Assembly: GCA_950097015.1 (NCBI GenBank)
Contig: CATNEN010000011.1
Coordinates: 6,014,001 to 6,078,000, forward strand
DNA from: Macrostomum hystrix
Taxonomy: Eukaryota; Animalia; Platyhelminthes
Reading direction: 5' to 3'
DNA length: 64,000 nt
Part shown: one piece after another, positions 23,760 to 37,400 of the stretch
Layout of the letters: each line of letters begins with the position of its first letter
How positions within the stretch are numbered: position 1 is the stretch's first letter
Made by a program: the position numbers and the translations under genes
Notes under the pieces: generated by a model
What the model saw: the letters and a program-made list of their open reading frames with translations, nothing else
Databases searched by the model: none
Told to the model about the DNA's origin: nothing

Positions 23760-24983
23760 CAACATTAGCCATTGTATTGTTTGTAGTGTACTTTTAGTGA
23801 CCGCTTTTAATTAAACAGTTTCATCAGAAGTATCTCAGAATCGCAAAGTCTTACTGAACACATCCAAAATTCCAAGTGGACTGTTTTTATTAAAAAGCCC
23901 ATTGCCGATTTGTATTTCGAAACGAATATTTTGTCGCAATTTCAATACTAGCCTACTAGAAGTAGAGCTACACGCAAGTTGCGCAAATTAATTTTTCTGT
24001 ATTCAAAAGCACAGGTCTGTACAATGCGCGCTTTCGATATTCCAATTAACAACAGCTCTGCTCGAAAAAGCAAAACAGTGCTTGTGTTTTTAAAGGAATT
24101 GGAATTGTGAATACCTAATTTTTTCATCTTGATATTTTAATTTAAAGGACGCCAATCATCACATTATTGGTAGAATCAGATAGTTTTTAATACTTTAATT
24201 CATATTATTTAAAAAAGTTTATCAATAATTTAAACTATGATGAATTGAAACCTTTCTTTTTAGCAGTGCGTGATGCTACTGTTTGTTTCCATGCACCGCA
24301 ATTTAAATTTAGTGCATTGAAGTTCTTGTAGAACATGTAGGCCTAGCGAAAGAAACTGGTAGCGGATAAATATGTAAAAAACTTTATTCTAATGATTAGA
24401 CGCAGAATAAAGCTAAAACTAAAAATCTGACTGATTTTGTAAAAATTGATTGGATTGATAAATTAGTTTTTTTCCGAGTTTTGAAAAAAATATAACTTGT
24501 GGAGTAAAACGGCCCTTTTTAGGTCCCCAAGCCGTAAAAATATCAAGAATGTACCGAACTTCGTTTCATTACAAACTTTAAAGCCAACTCTTAAATTATA
24601 TGGATTTCTTAAATGTCTTTCAGTAAATTTTCAATTTTATGTCTACACTGTAGGCGAGTGCGATTCTTATTTAACTAAAACAGGAACTAACGTTATTTGC
24701 AAATGCAGCAAGCTGATAAAATAAGCTAGAGAAGCACATAAAAAATATAAATACGCATTTTCCTTGTGTAAAAAGATTTCTGCATTATAAGACTTTTATA
24801 AATGAGAGTAAAGTGATTTGGAAATAAAACTGTCTATATACTGGCTACCATACCATAAAGAGCCGTTTCCAAGCGGCAGTTCTGGCGAGAATAGAAAATT
24901 TTAGCCGATCGATAATTTTACTCCATTGATGGGGTGGGTAGCTTAGCCAACCAGAATTCACCAGGCATCAAATTTTGCCGAGC

Positions 24984-24992
24984 TATTTAAAA
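24984..24992 (+). promoter_or_regulatory. TATA-like box of histone H4
   Basis: tatttaaaa about 85-90 bp upstream of the H4 ATG. Confidence 0.45.
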
Positions 24993-25071
24993 GACGGAAT
25001 GTTTCACTCGTTATGTTATCAAATACCAACCTACTCTCTGTAGATCCCTAAGCATTAAGATTACATTGTGA

Positions 25072-25386
<315 letters not shown>

Positions 25387-25493
25387 TCGCACAACTTAGC
25401 AAGATCCGCTGAGGAGCATGGCGTCTAGCTCCAGCTAATCCAGCGACGTCTGACAGACGCTGTGGCTTTCAGTCACCAAGTGAACGTTAAAAC

Positions 25494-25509
25494 GGCCCTT
25501 TTCAGGGCC
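25494..25509 (+). promoter_or_regulatory. Histone mRNA 3' stem-loop (SLBP site)
   Basis: aaaac GGCCCT TTTC AGGGCC accac, about 108 nt after the H4 stop; candidate downstream element caatagatg follows. Confidence 0.95.
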
Positions 25510-26269
25510 ACCACATCAATAGATGCGGAATCTGTCTAGTTGCTCTAAAAGCATTGTTATAAAAACCGCATGTTCCAATAGACAGGATTCTAATTTAATA
25601 CTAAATCATTTAGAGTTCACAGGAAATAACTTATCCAACTGTGAAGCTAGGCTAACAACTTTCACATTTTTAATAACTGGTAAAAATTTTAAATCGCTTT
25701 CGTAACTATAATATAACTTGACATTAACATATTTAGCGTTCTAATGCGGCATTTAACTGCTACATTTGCAAAGAACATTTGCATTAAATCTTGATTTTCA
25801 TGATTAAATTATTGACACCTTAAATTACCTTCCACTTAGCAGGCTAATAGGCAAGTATGTATGTAGTATGTCGAGTGTCTCATCTCTTCCCTATCTCATA
25901 TTTCTACAATCAATGCGGCCCGCTGTCGTCTTTTAGGTTCTCTCTTTAACCTACCACAAACTGCTTCTGCGGTTATAATAAATAGTTAGGCTTATTGAAA
26001 ATCGCAGCTGGGGTATCGCTTCTGCTTAAACGACAGCAAATCCACTTTATATGGACCGAAGTGACACTTTAATTTTATCGCTGATTCAAAAAACCACTAT
26101 CATTCTCTATTTGCTACTAGGATATGCGAGCTGTATGGATACTTTCGTATACGCTCGTACGCTCGTACGATACGCTCGTATATATATATATAATATATAA
26201 ATATTGTATCATACTTGAGTTAAATCCCAGTAGAAAAATCGAGATCGCGAAGTGGGGTTTGCGAATAGA

Positions 26270-26372
26270 AGCAATGACGTCTAGCTCCAGCGATGTCTGA
26301 CATACGCTGTGGCAGTCAGTCAATAAGTGAACTAAAAACGGCCCTTTTCAGGGCCACCACATCAATAGATGC
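26270..26372 (+). other. Orphan duplicate of the H4 3' UTR including a perfect stem-loop
   Basis: Collinear with about 25418-25526; GGCCCTTTTCAGGGCC at 26340-26355 plus accacatcaatagatgc; no H4 CDS upstream. Confidence 0.85.
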
Positions 26373-28494
26373 GTGTCAAAAGACGTTAAAACGTATTACA
26401 ATTGTAATAAAAAACTGAAATTAAGAAACTTCAAAATTATAAAGATGATCACGAGAGTAAAGCATTAAGAAGATGGACTAATGCCAGTGTCCGTGGTCAT
26501 GGGTGCAACGAACTCTCGCTCAAAAATGAGTCAAATGATCGACGCCGAGTCAATAAGCTGATTGAGCAGATTTTCAACTGGTTGGTCGACAGCTAGTGAA
26601 TCCGCTGAGAGTAGCTTTGAAGTAGTTTTATACTACTGGGTCGATTTGACTCACGTCTTAGATTAAGGATCGTCGTTGCATTGTGACGAGCGACACAATG
26701 CTGCTGATGCGCACACGGAGCTGATCAGCTGGTGCTCCGGCTAGCTGATGCAGTTGAGCAAGAGTGCCACTGCGAGATCTAGAAATGGAATCTAACAGTT
26801 ATTGGCTGCAGAGCTTTATTCAATGCCCATTCACTTTCCTCTGACGTGGACTGAAATTGTGAGAACTATTATGCAACGAGAGGTCAGAATGGGCAACGAC
26901 AGTGACTCTAATCAGCAGCAGGACGCCCAAGAAGATGGAGAAGATGCGCTTCGAGAATGTCCATGAACAAGCTGTCAGCTGTCTAAAGTCTAAAAGGCGA
27001 GAAAAATGTTTCCTTGCATGGCAAATACAATGCAATAGCCTATATATTATGGATTTATGTTGGTCTCTACTCTCTATTGATTAAGAATTCCAGTAAAATA
27101 AAAAGAGAACTTCAATGTTGTCCCACTTCTTAAAACAGTTATGACACTGTCTCTTGATGTTAAGCACTGTAAATTATGTATCAATCATATTTTGGCATGA
27201 TGGCATCAGTGTTATTTTCGGGTTATTGTTGTTCGCAAAAATTAGTAGATTAATGATGCTAACTACTATTAGTAGATGGATCAGTTGGGTGAGACGAGCA
27301 GCCAGACGCACAGCCGTAGCTGGTACAAATTTATCATTTAAAATTTTAAATGTTTATATCAGAACTAAATAGATTGGAACGAAGCGAAACGGAACGATCA
27401 CGATGGGAGATTAACCTCTGTGAAGCATTTTTAAATAAGGTATATTCCATTTTAAAGTACAAGATGCAATAAATTCAATTATGAGCGATCAGGCGCAGAG
27501 CATTGCGTTTCTATTTGTTGTTCTAGCTAGCCTTTGTTTGAGTGTTATTTGAGAAGCTTTACGAGCGTAGATCCACTTTAAGCCATCATGCACAAAGAAT
27601 GAAATGAATGGATAAAGTGGATTTATAGTGGGTCCAAGAGAGTCGCATATTAGACTTTCCCTTGTTACAACGGATGTAGACAGCAGTCGTGAGTACTATT
27701 TTTCTAAAAAAACTGTTTAAGTTCCCAACTTCAGTCTCACAGGCCTACTCGGAAGACTTATATTGACTCAACGTCAGTTTTGGCATTCAGCAGTTCGACT
27801 AGAATGCATTGCGAGTGTTTGCTCACGACTCAATGAGAATATTTCTATGAGCCAATAAAGAATTATAAACTTGGGAGCATTGCCGTTGGGAAAAAATTGT
27901 TCCGCTGACCAAATAGCGCTCTCGTGTGGGAAAATTTCTCGTTGCCATAGCAACAGGGCCAAACTTCGAGACGCCATGTAGAATCGCAAGGTTCGAGCCT
28001 TCAATTTGCCCGCAACAGCTGCCTAGCAGGAGAAGTTTCTTGATGACCAGCGATTGTCCTTATCGTAAATAATTTATGCCGGCTGCTGTTCCCGAAAAAT
28101 TCAGCAAACTCATGCGTCAAATCTGAGAAGGACAAACAAAGCCACTGCGAGTTGATAAGCGGCTGCTGATAACACTCCCCGGTCGCAATAAAGTTTGTTG
28201 CCACATGCAGCTGCTTGGAAGTCTTCCAAGAAGCGATCCAATTTCGAAGAGTCGATTTAGACAAGCCACACTTTACTTTACAGGGATATTGCGCTGTCTT
28301 CGTCACGCTCTGCTTGAGAGAAAAAAGCGCTTTTAGGAGGCGGTTGGACCTTAATTTGGCGCGAAAAGATCACAGGATCAACGAGGGCGACTGGGGTGTC
28401 CTACAAACCGCACTTATTTGCTCTGTGTATCTAGCCTAAACCCGCTCTCGAGTTCTGAGATTGCATAAGAGCAGATCTTTTCTGACCGATCGGC

Positions 28495-31400
28495 ATGCAC
28501 TACGGACAAGCGTACTCACTTGAGATGCCCTCCAGCAGGCGCTGCCAGCCCAGTGGTCTCTGCTACCACATCTACTGCCGCCTGCGCAGTCTGCTGCACA
28601 TGCTCTGCCTGCTCGCCAACCGCTGCTGCAGCCGTCGACGTGTCGCAGACGCTGGCGACGGCGACAGGACGCGAGTCGTCGGAGAGCCGCCGTCCACAGC
28701 CACCACGACCACAACAGCCACCACGACCAACACGACCATCACGACCATCACGCCGACTGGCACTTTATCGGGAAATCTGAGCGGCGGCTGCGTGACGCCA
28801 TTCCGTTTTCCCTCCACGGCCTTCTTTGGCCTGGCATCGGACAAGCTGAACCGCTGGAGCAGCATCCTGAAAGAGGACAAAGCGGACGAGTTTGTCCGCC
28901 TGCTGGAGGACAACCGGCATCAGCTGACTCTGGTGTACGACCATCCGTCCTGCAACTACATCTCCTTCCACCGGCTGACTCACCTGTGCGCCTTCAACTC
29001 GGCGATCAACTGCATGCGCCAGCTGGTGAGTCGCTACGAGACGCCAATCTGGTGCGCCAAGGACACCAACGAGAGCACCGTGTTCCACGCACTGTGCTGG
29101 GGCGCGCACTACCAGAAGCGCCAGGAGACGGACTACATCAGCCTGTACAGAGCCGTCTGTGCCCTGATCAAGACTGAGCGCCTGCGAGAGCTGCTACTGT
29201 CGGAGGATCTCGGCGGCTTTCGGCCCGTTGAGTTGGCCATCAAGCTGCGCTGCTTTCGACTGGCCGTCGAGATCCTGGAGACGCCCGGAGTCTACCAGGA
29301 TTCGAGCCTGCGAGGTAATCTGCAAGTTAAGCGCTACTATTTGCACGGATACTTTCGCTGCGGCACAGGTGTCTGCAGGTCGTTGCGTAATCCGGTTCTG
29401 CTATTGTCGGAACTCAGGTAGGAATCGACTGTCAGGTGAAGATAACTGGTCCGATTCTTCAAGCACAGACTGGCAAGGTAATTCCCCAAAATCTATTTTT
29501 CAGGAAAGCTGACTTCAAAGATTTGCGCAGCAGCAACATCATGAACCATCCGGTCGTCAAGTACCTCATCTCGCAGCTGTGGTACCGAAATGTACTTATC
29601 TGCGTCCTGCTGGCGCTGTTCTGGCTCGCCCTGATAATCATCATGCAGATACCGCTGGAGATGCAGATGCAACAGGTGACAACAGATAGCGACGCCTGCT
29701 TTGGCAAGGAAGCAATCAAGGTGGCATTCTACACCATTGTGGTGCACGACCTAAAAGTCTTGGAGAATGTCAGCGTTCGCGCGGTCGAGAACAAGACAGG
29801 AGGGAGTCAGTGGATGAACGAGTAAGTCTGATATGCATTTTGGTCCTCGTGTTCAGCCACTGATAAATAATTCTACTAGGATAAAAGCCAAGGCGAAGAT
29901 ACTGAAGTATGCCAAATTATGTTACTCTTTCAATAATTGCAGGAGGGCTTTGCGCAATGGCCCACCATTTGGTGACACTAGACCCGCAGCCAGCTAGGAG
30001 GCAATTCTGCCCATTTCGCTGACTCCTGAGCACACACGCACACATATACCGTACGCAGGCGCAGTGTCACACAGGTGTGTACATCTGTAACCCTGACTTT
30101 CTCATCGTCAGGCAGTGTACATTACACTGTGCCTTTGAGGTTGGCCCTCATGGGTGTACATTACACGACAAGCCCCCAAGCCTTCTCTCCGCGGCTGCGC
30201 CCCAAGTGAATGTGGCCTCGCCGCGGAATCGAACTCAGGGACCTTGGCGCGAGAGGCAAACGAGTTAACCGCTCTGCCAATGAACCCCTAAGTTAATCTA
30301 ATATACTAAAAATGAAATGGTTGGTTGGTTGGTTGTAATTGATTTTTTCCCGAACGGCTCAACCGATTTTCACCATTTCTTCACCAAAAGATGCCAAATA
30401 TGGGGACAATTATACACGTATTTTTATTAAGCTTAACTTTATTGCTAAAGGGATTAAATATTCGAAAAACATGATTTTTTCAAAGGTCAAACCATCTTGG
30501 CCTATTGAGAATTTCACTGACAGTCACTGAATTAGAATTGCATCGTCAAATCGCGCAACAACCCCTAGCTGATTGAATTTGAAGCCTGCACTCTGGAGAC
30601 AAATTGGAAATAAATGTACACAACCAACCGCGAGACTGAGTGTACTCTATTTTCTTACTTCATTGTACAAAGCCAGAACTTTCAGAATTCATTTTATAAG
30701 GCTGATTTTTGCACCCACTAACCAACAGTCGGAATAGCCGATGTGTAGGCACTAGGAATAGGTTAGGCTAGGCTAGGGTTCGATTCTGCACTGCGTCAAA
30801 TCATTTAGACTAATTTTCAGCCAGTAGTGATTGAAGAGTATTTTAATTTATTTTTTCATTTCGTAAATAAAATATCATAAATCATAGCAAACCTGAATTT
30901 GAATCATGGCAAAAATAGAGCTTGAATCATGGCTAAACCAGCGTCTGAATCATGGCTAAACCAGAGCTTGAATCATGGCTAAACTGGAGTCTGAATCATG
31001 GCTAAACCAGAGTCTGAATCATGGCTAAACCAGCGTCTGAATCATGGCTAAACCAGAGTCTGAATCATGGCTAAACCAGAGTCTGAATCATGGCTTAACC
31101 AGAGTTTGAATCATGGATAAACCAGAGTCTGAATCATGGCTAAACCAGAGCCTGAATCATGGCTAAACCAGAGTCTGAATCATGGCTAAACCAGCGTCTG
31201 AATCATTTAGACTAATTTTCAGCCAGTAGTGATTGAAGATTATTTTAATTTATTTTTTCATTTCGTAAATAAAATATCATAAATCATAGCAAACCTGAAT
31301 TTGAATCATGGCAAAAATAGAGCTTGAATCATGGCTAAACCAGCGTCTGAATCATGGCTAAACCAGAGCTTGAATCATGGCTAAACTGGAGTCTGAATCA

Positions 31401-34400
31401 TGGCTAAACCATAGTCTGAATCATGGCTAAACCAGCGTCTGAATCATGGCTAAACCAGAGTCTGAATCATGGCTAAAATAGAGTCTGAATCATGGCTAAA
31501 CCAGAGTCTGAATCATGGCTAAACCAGAGCCTGAATCATGGCTAAACCAGAGTCTGAATCATGGCTAAACCAGCGTCTGAATCATGGCTAAACCAGAGTT
31601 TGAATCATGGCTAAACCAGCGTCTGAATCATGGCTAAACCAGAGTTTGAATCATGGCTAAACCAGAGTTTGAATCATGGCTTAACCAGAGTTTGAATCAT
31701 GGCTAAACCAGAGTCTGAATCATGGCTTAACCAGAATTTAAATCATGGCTAAACCAGAGTCTGAATCATGGCTTAACCAGAGTCTGAATCATGGCTAAAC
31801 CAGAGTCTGAATCATGGCTAAACCAGAGTCTGAATCATGGCAAAACTGGAGTCTGAATCATGGCTAAACCATAGTCTGAAGCATGGCTAAAATAGAGTCT
31901 GAATCATGGCTAAACCAGAGTCTGAATCATGGCTAAAATAGAGTCTGAATCATGGCTAAACCAGAGTCTGAATCATGGCTAAACCAGAGTCTGAATCATG
32001 GCTAAACCAGAGCCTGAATCATGGCTAAACCAGAGTCTGAATCATGGCTAAACCAGCGTCTGAATCATTTAGACTAATTTTCAGCCAGTAGTGATTGAAG
32101 ATTATTTTAATTTATTTTTTCATTTCGTAAATAAAATATCATAAATCATAGCAAACCTGAATTTGAATCATGGCAAAAATAGAGCTTGAATCATGGCTAA
32201 ACCAGCGTCTGAATCATGGCTAAACCAGAGCTTGAATCATGGCTAAACTGGAGTCTGAATCATGGCTAAACCATAGTCTGAATCATGGCTAAACCAGCGT
32301 CTGAATCATGGCTAAACCAGAGTCTGAATCATGGCTAAAATAGAGTCTGAATCATGGCTTAACCAGAGTCTGAATCATGGCTAAACCAGAGCCTGAATCA
32401 TGGCTAAACCAGAGTCTGAATCATGGCTAAACCAGCGTCTGAATCATGGCTAAACCAGAGTTTGAATCATGGCTAAACCAGCGTCTGAATCATGGCTAAA
32501 CCAGAGTTTGAATCATGGCTAAACCAGAGTTTGAATCATGGCTTAACCAGAGTTTGAATCATGGCTAAACCAGAGTCTGAATCATGGCTTAACCAGAATT
32601 TAAATCATGGCTAAACCAGAGTCTGAATCATGGCTTAACCAGAGTCTGAATCATGGCTAAACCAGAGTCTGAATCATGGCTAAACCAGAGTCTGAATCAT
32701 GGCAAAACTGGAGTCTGAATCATGGCTAAACCATAGTCTGAAGCATGGCTAAAATAGAGTCTGAATCATGGCTAAACCAGAGTCTGAATCATGGCTAAAC
32801 TAGAGTCTGAATCATGGCTAAACCAGAGTCTGAATCATGGCTAAACTAGAGTCTGAATCATGGCTAAACCAGAGTTTCAATCATGGCTAAACCAGCGTCT
32901 GAATCATGGCTAAACCAGCGTCTGAATCATGGCTAAACCAGCGTCTGAATCATGGCTAAACCATAGTCTGAATCATGGCTAAAATAGAGTCTGAATCATG
33001 GCTAAACCAGAGTCTGAATCATGGCTAAACTAGAGTCTGAATCATGGCTAAACCAGAGTCTGAATCATGGCTAAACTAGAGTCTGAATCATGGCTAAACC
33101 AGAGTCTGAATCATGGCTAAACCAGCGTCTGAATCATGGCTAAACCAGCGTCTGAATCATGGCTAAACCAGAGTCTGAATCATGGCTAAACTGGAGTCTG
33201 AATCATGGCTAAACCAGAGTCTGAATCATGGCTAAACTAGAGTCTGAATCATGGCTAAACCAGCGTCTGAATCATGGCTAAACCAGAGTTTGAATCATGG
33301 CTAAACCAGAGTTTCAATCATGGCTAAACCAGCGTCTGAATCATGGCTAAACCAGCGTCTGAATCATGGCTAAACCAGCGTCTGAATCATGGCTAAACCA
33401 GAGTTTGAATCATGGCTAAACCAGCGTCTGAATCATGGCTAAACCAGAGTTTGAATCATGGCTAAACCAGCGTCTGAATCATGGCTAAACCAGAGCTTGA
33501 ATCATGGCTAAACCAGAGTTTGAATCATGGCTAAACCAGAGTCTGAATCATGGCTAAACCAGAGTCTGAATCATGGCTAAACCAGAGTCTGAATCATGGC
33601 AAAACCAGAGTCTGAATCATGGCTAAACCAGAGTTTGAATCATGGCTAAACCAGGGTCTGAATCATGGCTAAAACAGAGTTTAAATCATGGCAAAACCAG
33701 AGTCTGAATCATGGCTAAACCAGAGTTTGAATCATGGCTAAACCAGAGTTAAAATCAAGGCTAAACCAGAGTTAAAATCATGGCTAAACCAGAGTCTGAA
33801 TCATGGCTAAACCAGAGTCTGAATCATGGCTAAACCAGCGTTTGAATCATGGCAAAATTTTTCTTTTGTCATTGAATTGAATTTTGAGTTTGTTATCTCA
33901 TAACGTCATAATGATATATATTTGTATGATAAATATTTTGCCTAATAATCATTTAATTGTTGTTCTTCTCAATTTTCTACAAAAGAAGCTAATATAAAAA
34001 TTAACTGGGCAACATTGTCAACTGGGCATCATCATCAATAAGGAGTCCTCATCAAATGGGGGATCATTGTCAACTGGGGGATCATTGTCAACTGGGGGAT
34101 CATTGTCAACTGGGTGATCATTGTCAACTGGGGGATCATTGTCAACTGGGGATCATTGTCAACTGGGGGATCATTGTCAACTGTGAGATCATTGTCAACT
34201 GGGGGATCATTGTCAACTGGGGGATCATTGTCAACTGGGGGATCATTGTCAACTGGGGGATCATCATCAACTGGGGGATCATTGTAAACTGGGGGATCAT
34301 TGTCAACTGTGGGATCATTGTCAACTGGGGGATCATTGTCAACAAGGGGATCATTGTGAACTGGGGGATCATTGTCAACTGGGGATCATTGTCAACTGGG

Positions 34401-37400
34401 GGAACATTGTCAACTGGGGGATCATTGTCAACTGGGGGATCATTGTCAACTGGGTGATCATTGTCAACTGGGGGATCATTGTCAACTGAGGGATCATTGT
34501 AAACTGGGGGATCATTGTCAAATGGGTGTTCATTGTCAACTGGGGTATCATTATCAACTGGGGGATCATTGTCAACTTGGGAATGATTGTCAAATGGGTG
34601 TTCATTGTCAACTGGGGGATCATTGTCAACTGGGAGATCATTGTCAACTGGGGGATCATTGTCAACTGGGGGATCATTGTCAACTGGGGTATCATTATCA
34701 ACTGGGGGATCATTGTCAACTTGGGAATGATTGTCAACTGGGGGATCATTGTCAACTGGGGGATCATTGTCAACTGGGGGATCATTGTCAACTGGGTGAT
34801 CATTGTCAACTTGGGGATCATTGTCATCTGAGGGATCATTGTCAACTGGGGTATCATTATCAACTGGGGATCATTGTCAACTGGGGGATCATTGTCAACT
34901 GGGGGATCATTGTCAACTGGGGGATCATTGTCAACTGGGTGATCATTGTCAACTGGGGGATCATTGTCAACTGGGGGATCATGGTCAACTTGGGGATCAT
35001 TGTCAACTGTGAGATCATTGTCAACTGGGTGATCATTGTCAACTGGGGGATCATTGTCAACTGGGGGATCATTGTAAACTGGGGGATCATTGTCAACTGT
35101 GAGATCATTGTCAACTGGGGGATCATTGTCAACTGGGGGATCATTGTCAACTGGGGGATCATTGTCAACTGGGGGATCATCATCAACTGGGGGATCATTG
35201 TCAACTGTGGGATCATTGTCATCTGGGGGATCATTGTCAACAAGGGGATCATTGTGAACTGGGGGATCATTGTCAACTGGGGATCATTGTCAACTGGGGG
35301 TTCATTGTCAACTGGGGGACCATTGTCAACTGGGGGATCATCATCAACTGGGGGATCATTGTCAACTGGGGATCATTGTCAACTGGGGGTTCATTGTCAA
35401 CTGGGGGATCATTGTCAACTGGGGGATCATCATCAACTGGGGGATCATTGTCAACTGGGGGATCATTGTCAACTGGGGGTTTATTTTAGCTTTAAAAAGC
35501 TGTAAATTCAGCTGCTAAACAGTATATACAAGACGAATTAAAAATATTTCTGCTCCCCGAAGGGGGGCAAAACATGCTAGTCCACTATACTAAAAATGAA
35601 ATGCTTGGTTGGTTGGTTGGTTGGTTGGTTGGTTGGTTGTAATTGATTTTCTTCCAAACGGCTCAACCGATTTTCACCATTTCTTCACCAAAAGATGCTA
35701 AATATGGGGACAATTATACACGTATTTTTATTAAGCTTAACTTTATTGCTAAAGGGATTAAATATTCGAAAAACATGATTTTTCAAAGGTCAAACCATCT
35801 TGGCCTATTGAGAATTTTACTCACTGCCACTGAATTAGAATTGCATCGTCAAATTGCGCAACAACCCCTAGCTGATTGAATTTGAAGCCTGCACTCTGGA
35901 GACAAATTGGAAATAAATGTACACAACCAACCGCAAGACTGAGTGTACTCTATTTTCTTACTTCATTGTACAAAGCCAGAACTTTGAGAATTCATTTTAT
36001 AAGGCTGATTTTTGCACCCACTAACCAACAGTCGGAAAAGCCGATGTGTAGGCACTAGGAATAGGTTAGGCTAGGCTAGGGTTCGATTCTGCACTGCATC
36101 AAATCATTTAGACTAATTTTCAGCCAGTAGTGATTGAAGACTATTTTATATTATTTTTTTCATTTCGTAAATAAAATATCATAAATCATAGCACACCGGC
36201 TAAAACAGAGTTTGAATCATGGCTAAACCAGAGTCTGAATCATGGCTAAACCAGAGTCTGAATCATGGCTAAACCAGAGTCTGAATCATGGCTAAACCAG
36301 AGTCTGAATCATGGCTAAACCAGAGTCTGAATCATGGCTAAACCAGAGTCTGAATCATGGCTAAACCAGAGTCTGAATCATGGCTAAACCAGAGTCTGAA
36401 TCAAGGCTAAACCAGAGTCTGGATCATGGCTAAACCAGAGTCTGAATCATGGCTACACCAGAGTCTGAATCATGGCTAAACCAGAGTTTGAATCATGGCT
36501 AAACCAGAGTCTGAATCATGGCTAAACCAGAGTCTGAATCATGGCTAAACCAGAGTTTGAATCATAGCTAAACCAGAGTTTGAATCATAGCTAAACAAGC
36601 GTCTGAATCATGGCAAAACCAGAGTTTGAATCATAGCTAAAACAGAGTTTGAATCATGGCTAAACCAGAGTCTGAATCATGGCTACACCAGAGTCTGAAT
36701 CATGGCTCATAGCTAAACCAGAGTCTGAATCATGGCTAAACCAGAGTCTGAATCATGGCTAAACCAGAGTCTGAATCATGGCTACACCAGAGTCTGAATC
36801 ATGGCTAAACCAGAGTTTAAATCATAGCTAAACCAGCGTCTGAATCATGGCTAAACCAGAGTTTGAATCATGGCTAAACCAGAGTTTGAATCATGGCTAA
36901 ACCAGAGTTTGAATCATGGCAAAACCAGAGTTTGAATCATGGCTAACCCAGCGTTTGAATCATTGCTAAACCAGAACTGGTGGATAATCGTCAACTGGGG
37001 GATCATGGTAAACTGGGGGATAATTGTCAACTGGGGGATCATTGTCAACTGGAGGATCATTGGCAACTGGGGGATAATTGTCAACTGGGGGATAATTGTC
37101 ACGGGGAAACATCACCAAATGCGGGATCATAATCAACTAGGGGATCATTGTCAACTAGGGGATCATGTTCAACTGGGGGAACATTGTCAACTGGGATCAC
37201 CATCAATGGGGGATCATAGTCAACTGAGAGATAATTGTCGACTGGGGGATAATCGTCAACTGGGGGATCATGGTCAACTGGAGGATCATTGTCAACGGGG
37301 GGATAATTGTCAACTGGGGGATAATTGTCAACTGGGGAGTCATCATCAAATGCGGGATCATGGTTAACTGGGGGATAATTGTCAACTGGGGGATCATTGT

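Larger units (their letters stand above)
30297..35580 (+). mobile_element. Non-autonomous Helitron-like element 1 carrying internal satellites
   Basis: 5' a|TCTAATATACTAAAAATG with a (ttgg)n microsatellite; 3' hairpin gctcccc-gaa-ggggggc followed by CTAG|t; no TSD or TIR seen. Confidence 0.75.

Noticed and set aside
27770-28330. Possible pogo/Tigger-like HTH remnant (GLSKSTLRNW) on the minus strand
   Set aside because: Only one short motif, many stops, and no DDE motif or TIR could be recognised.
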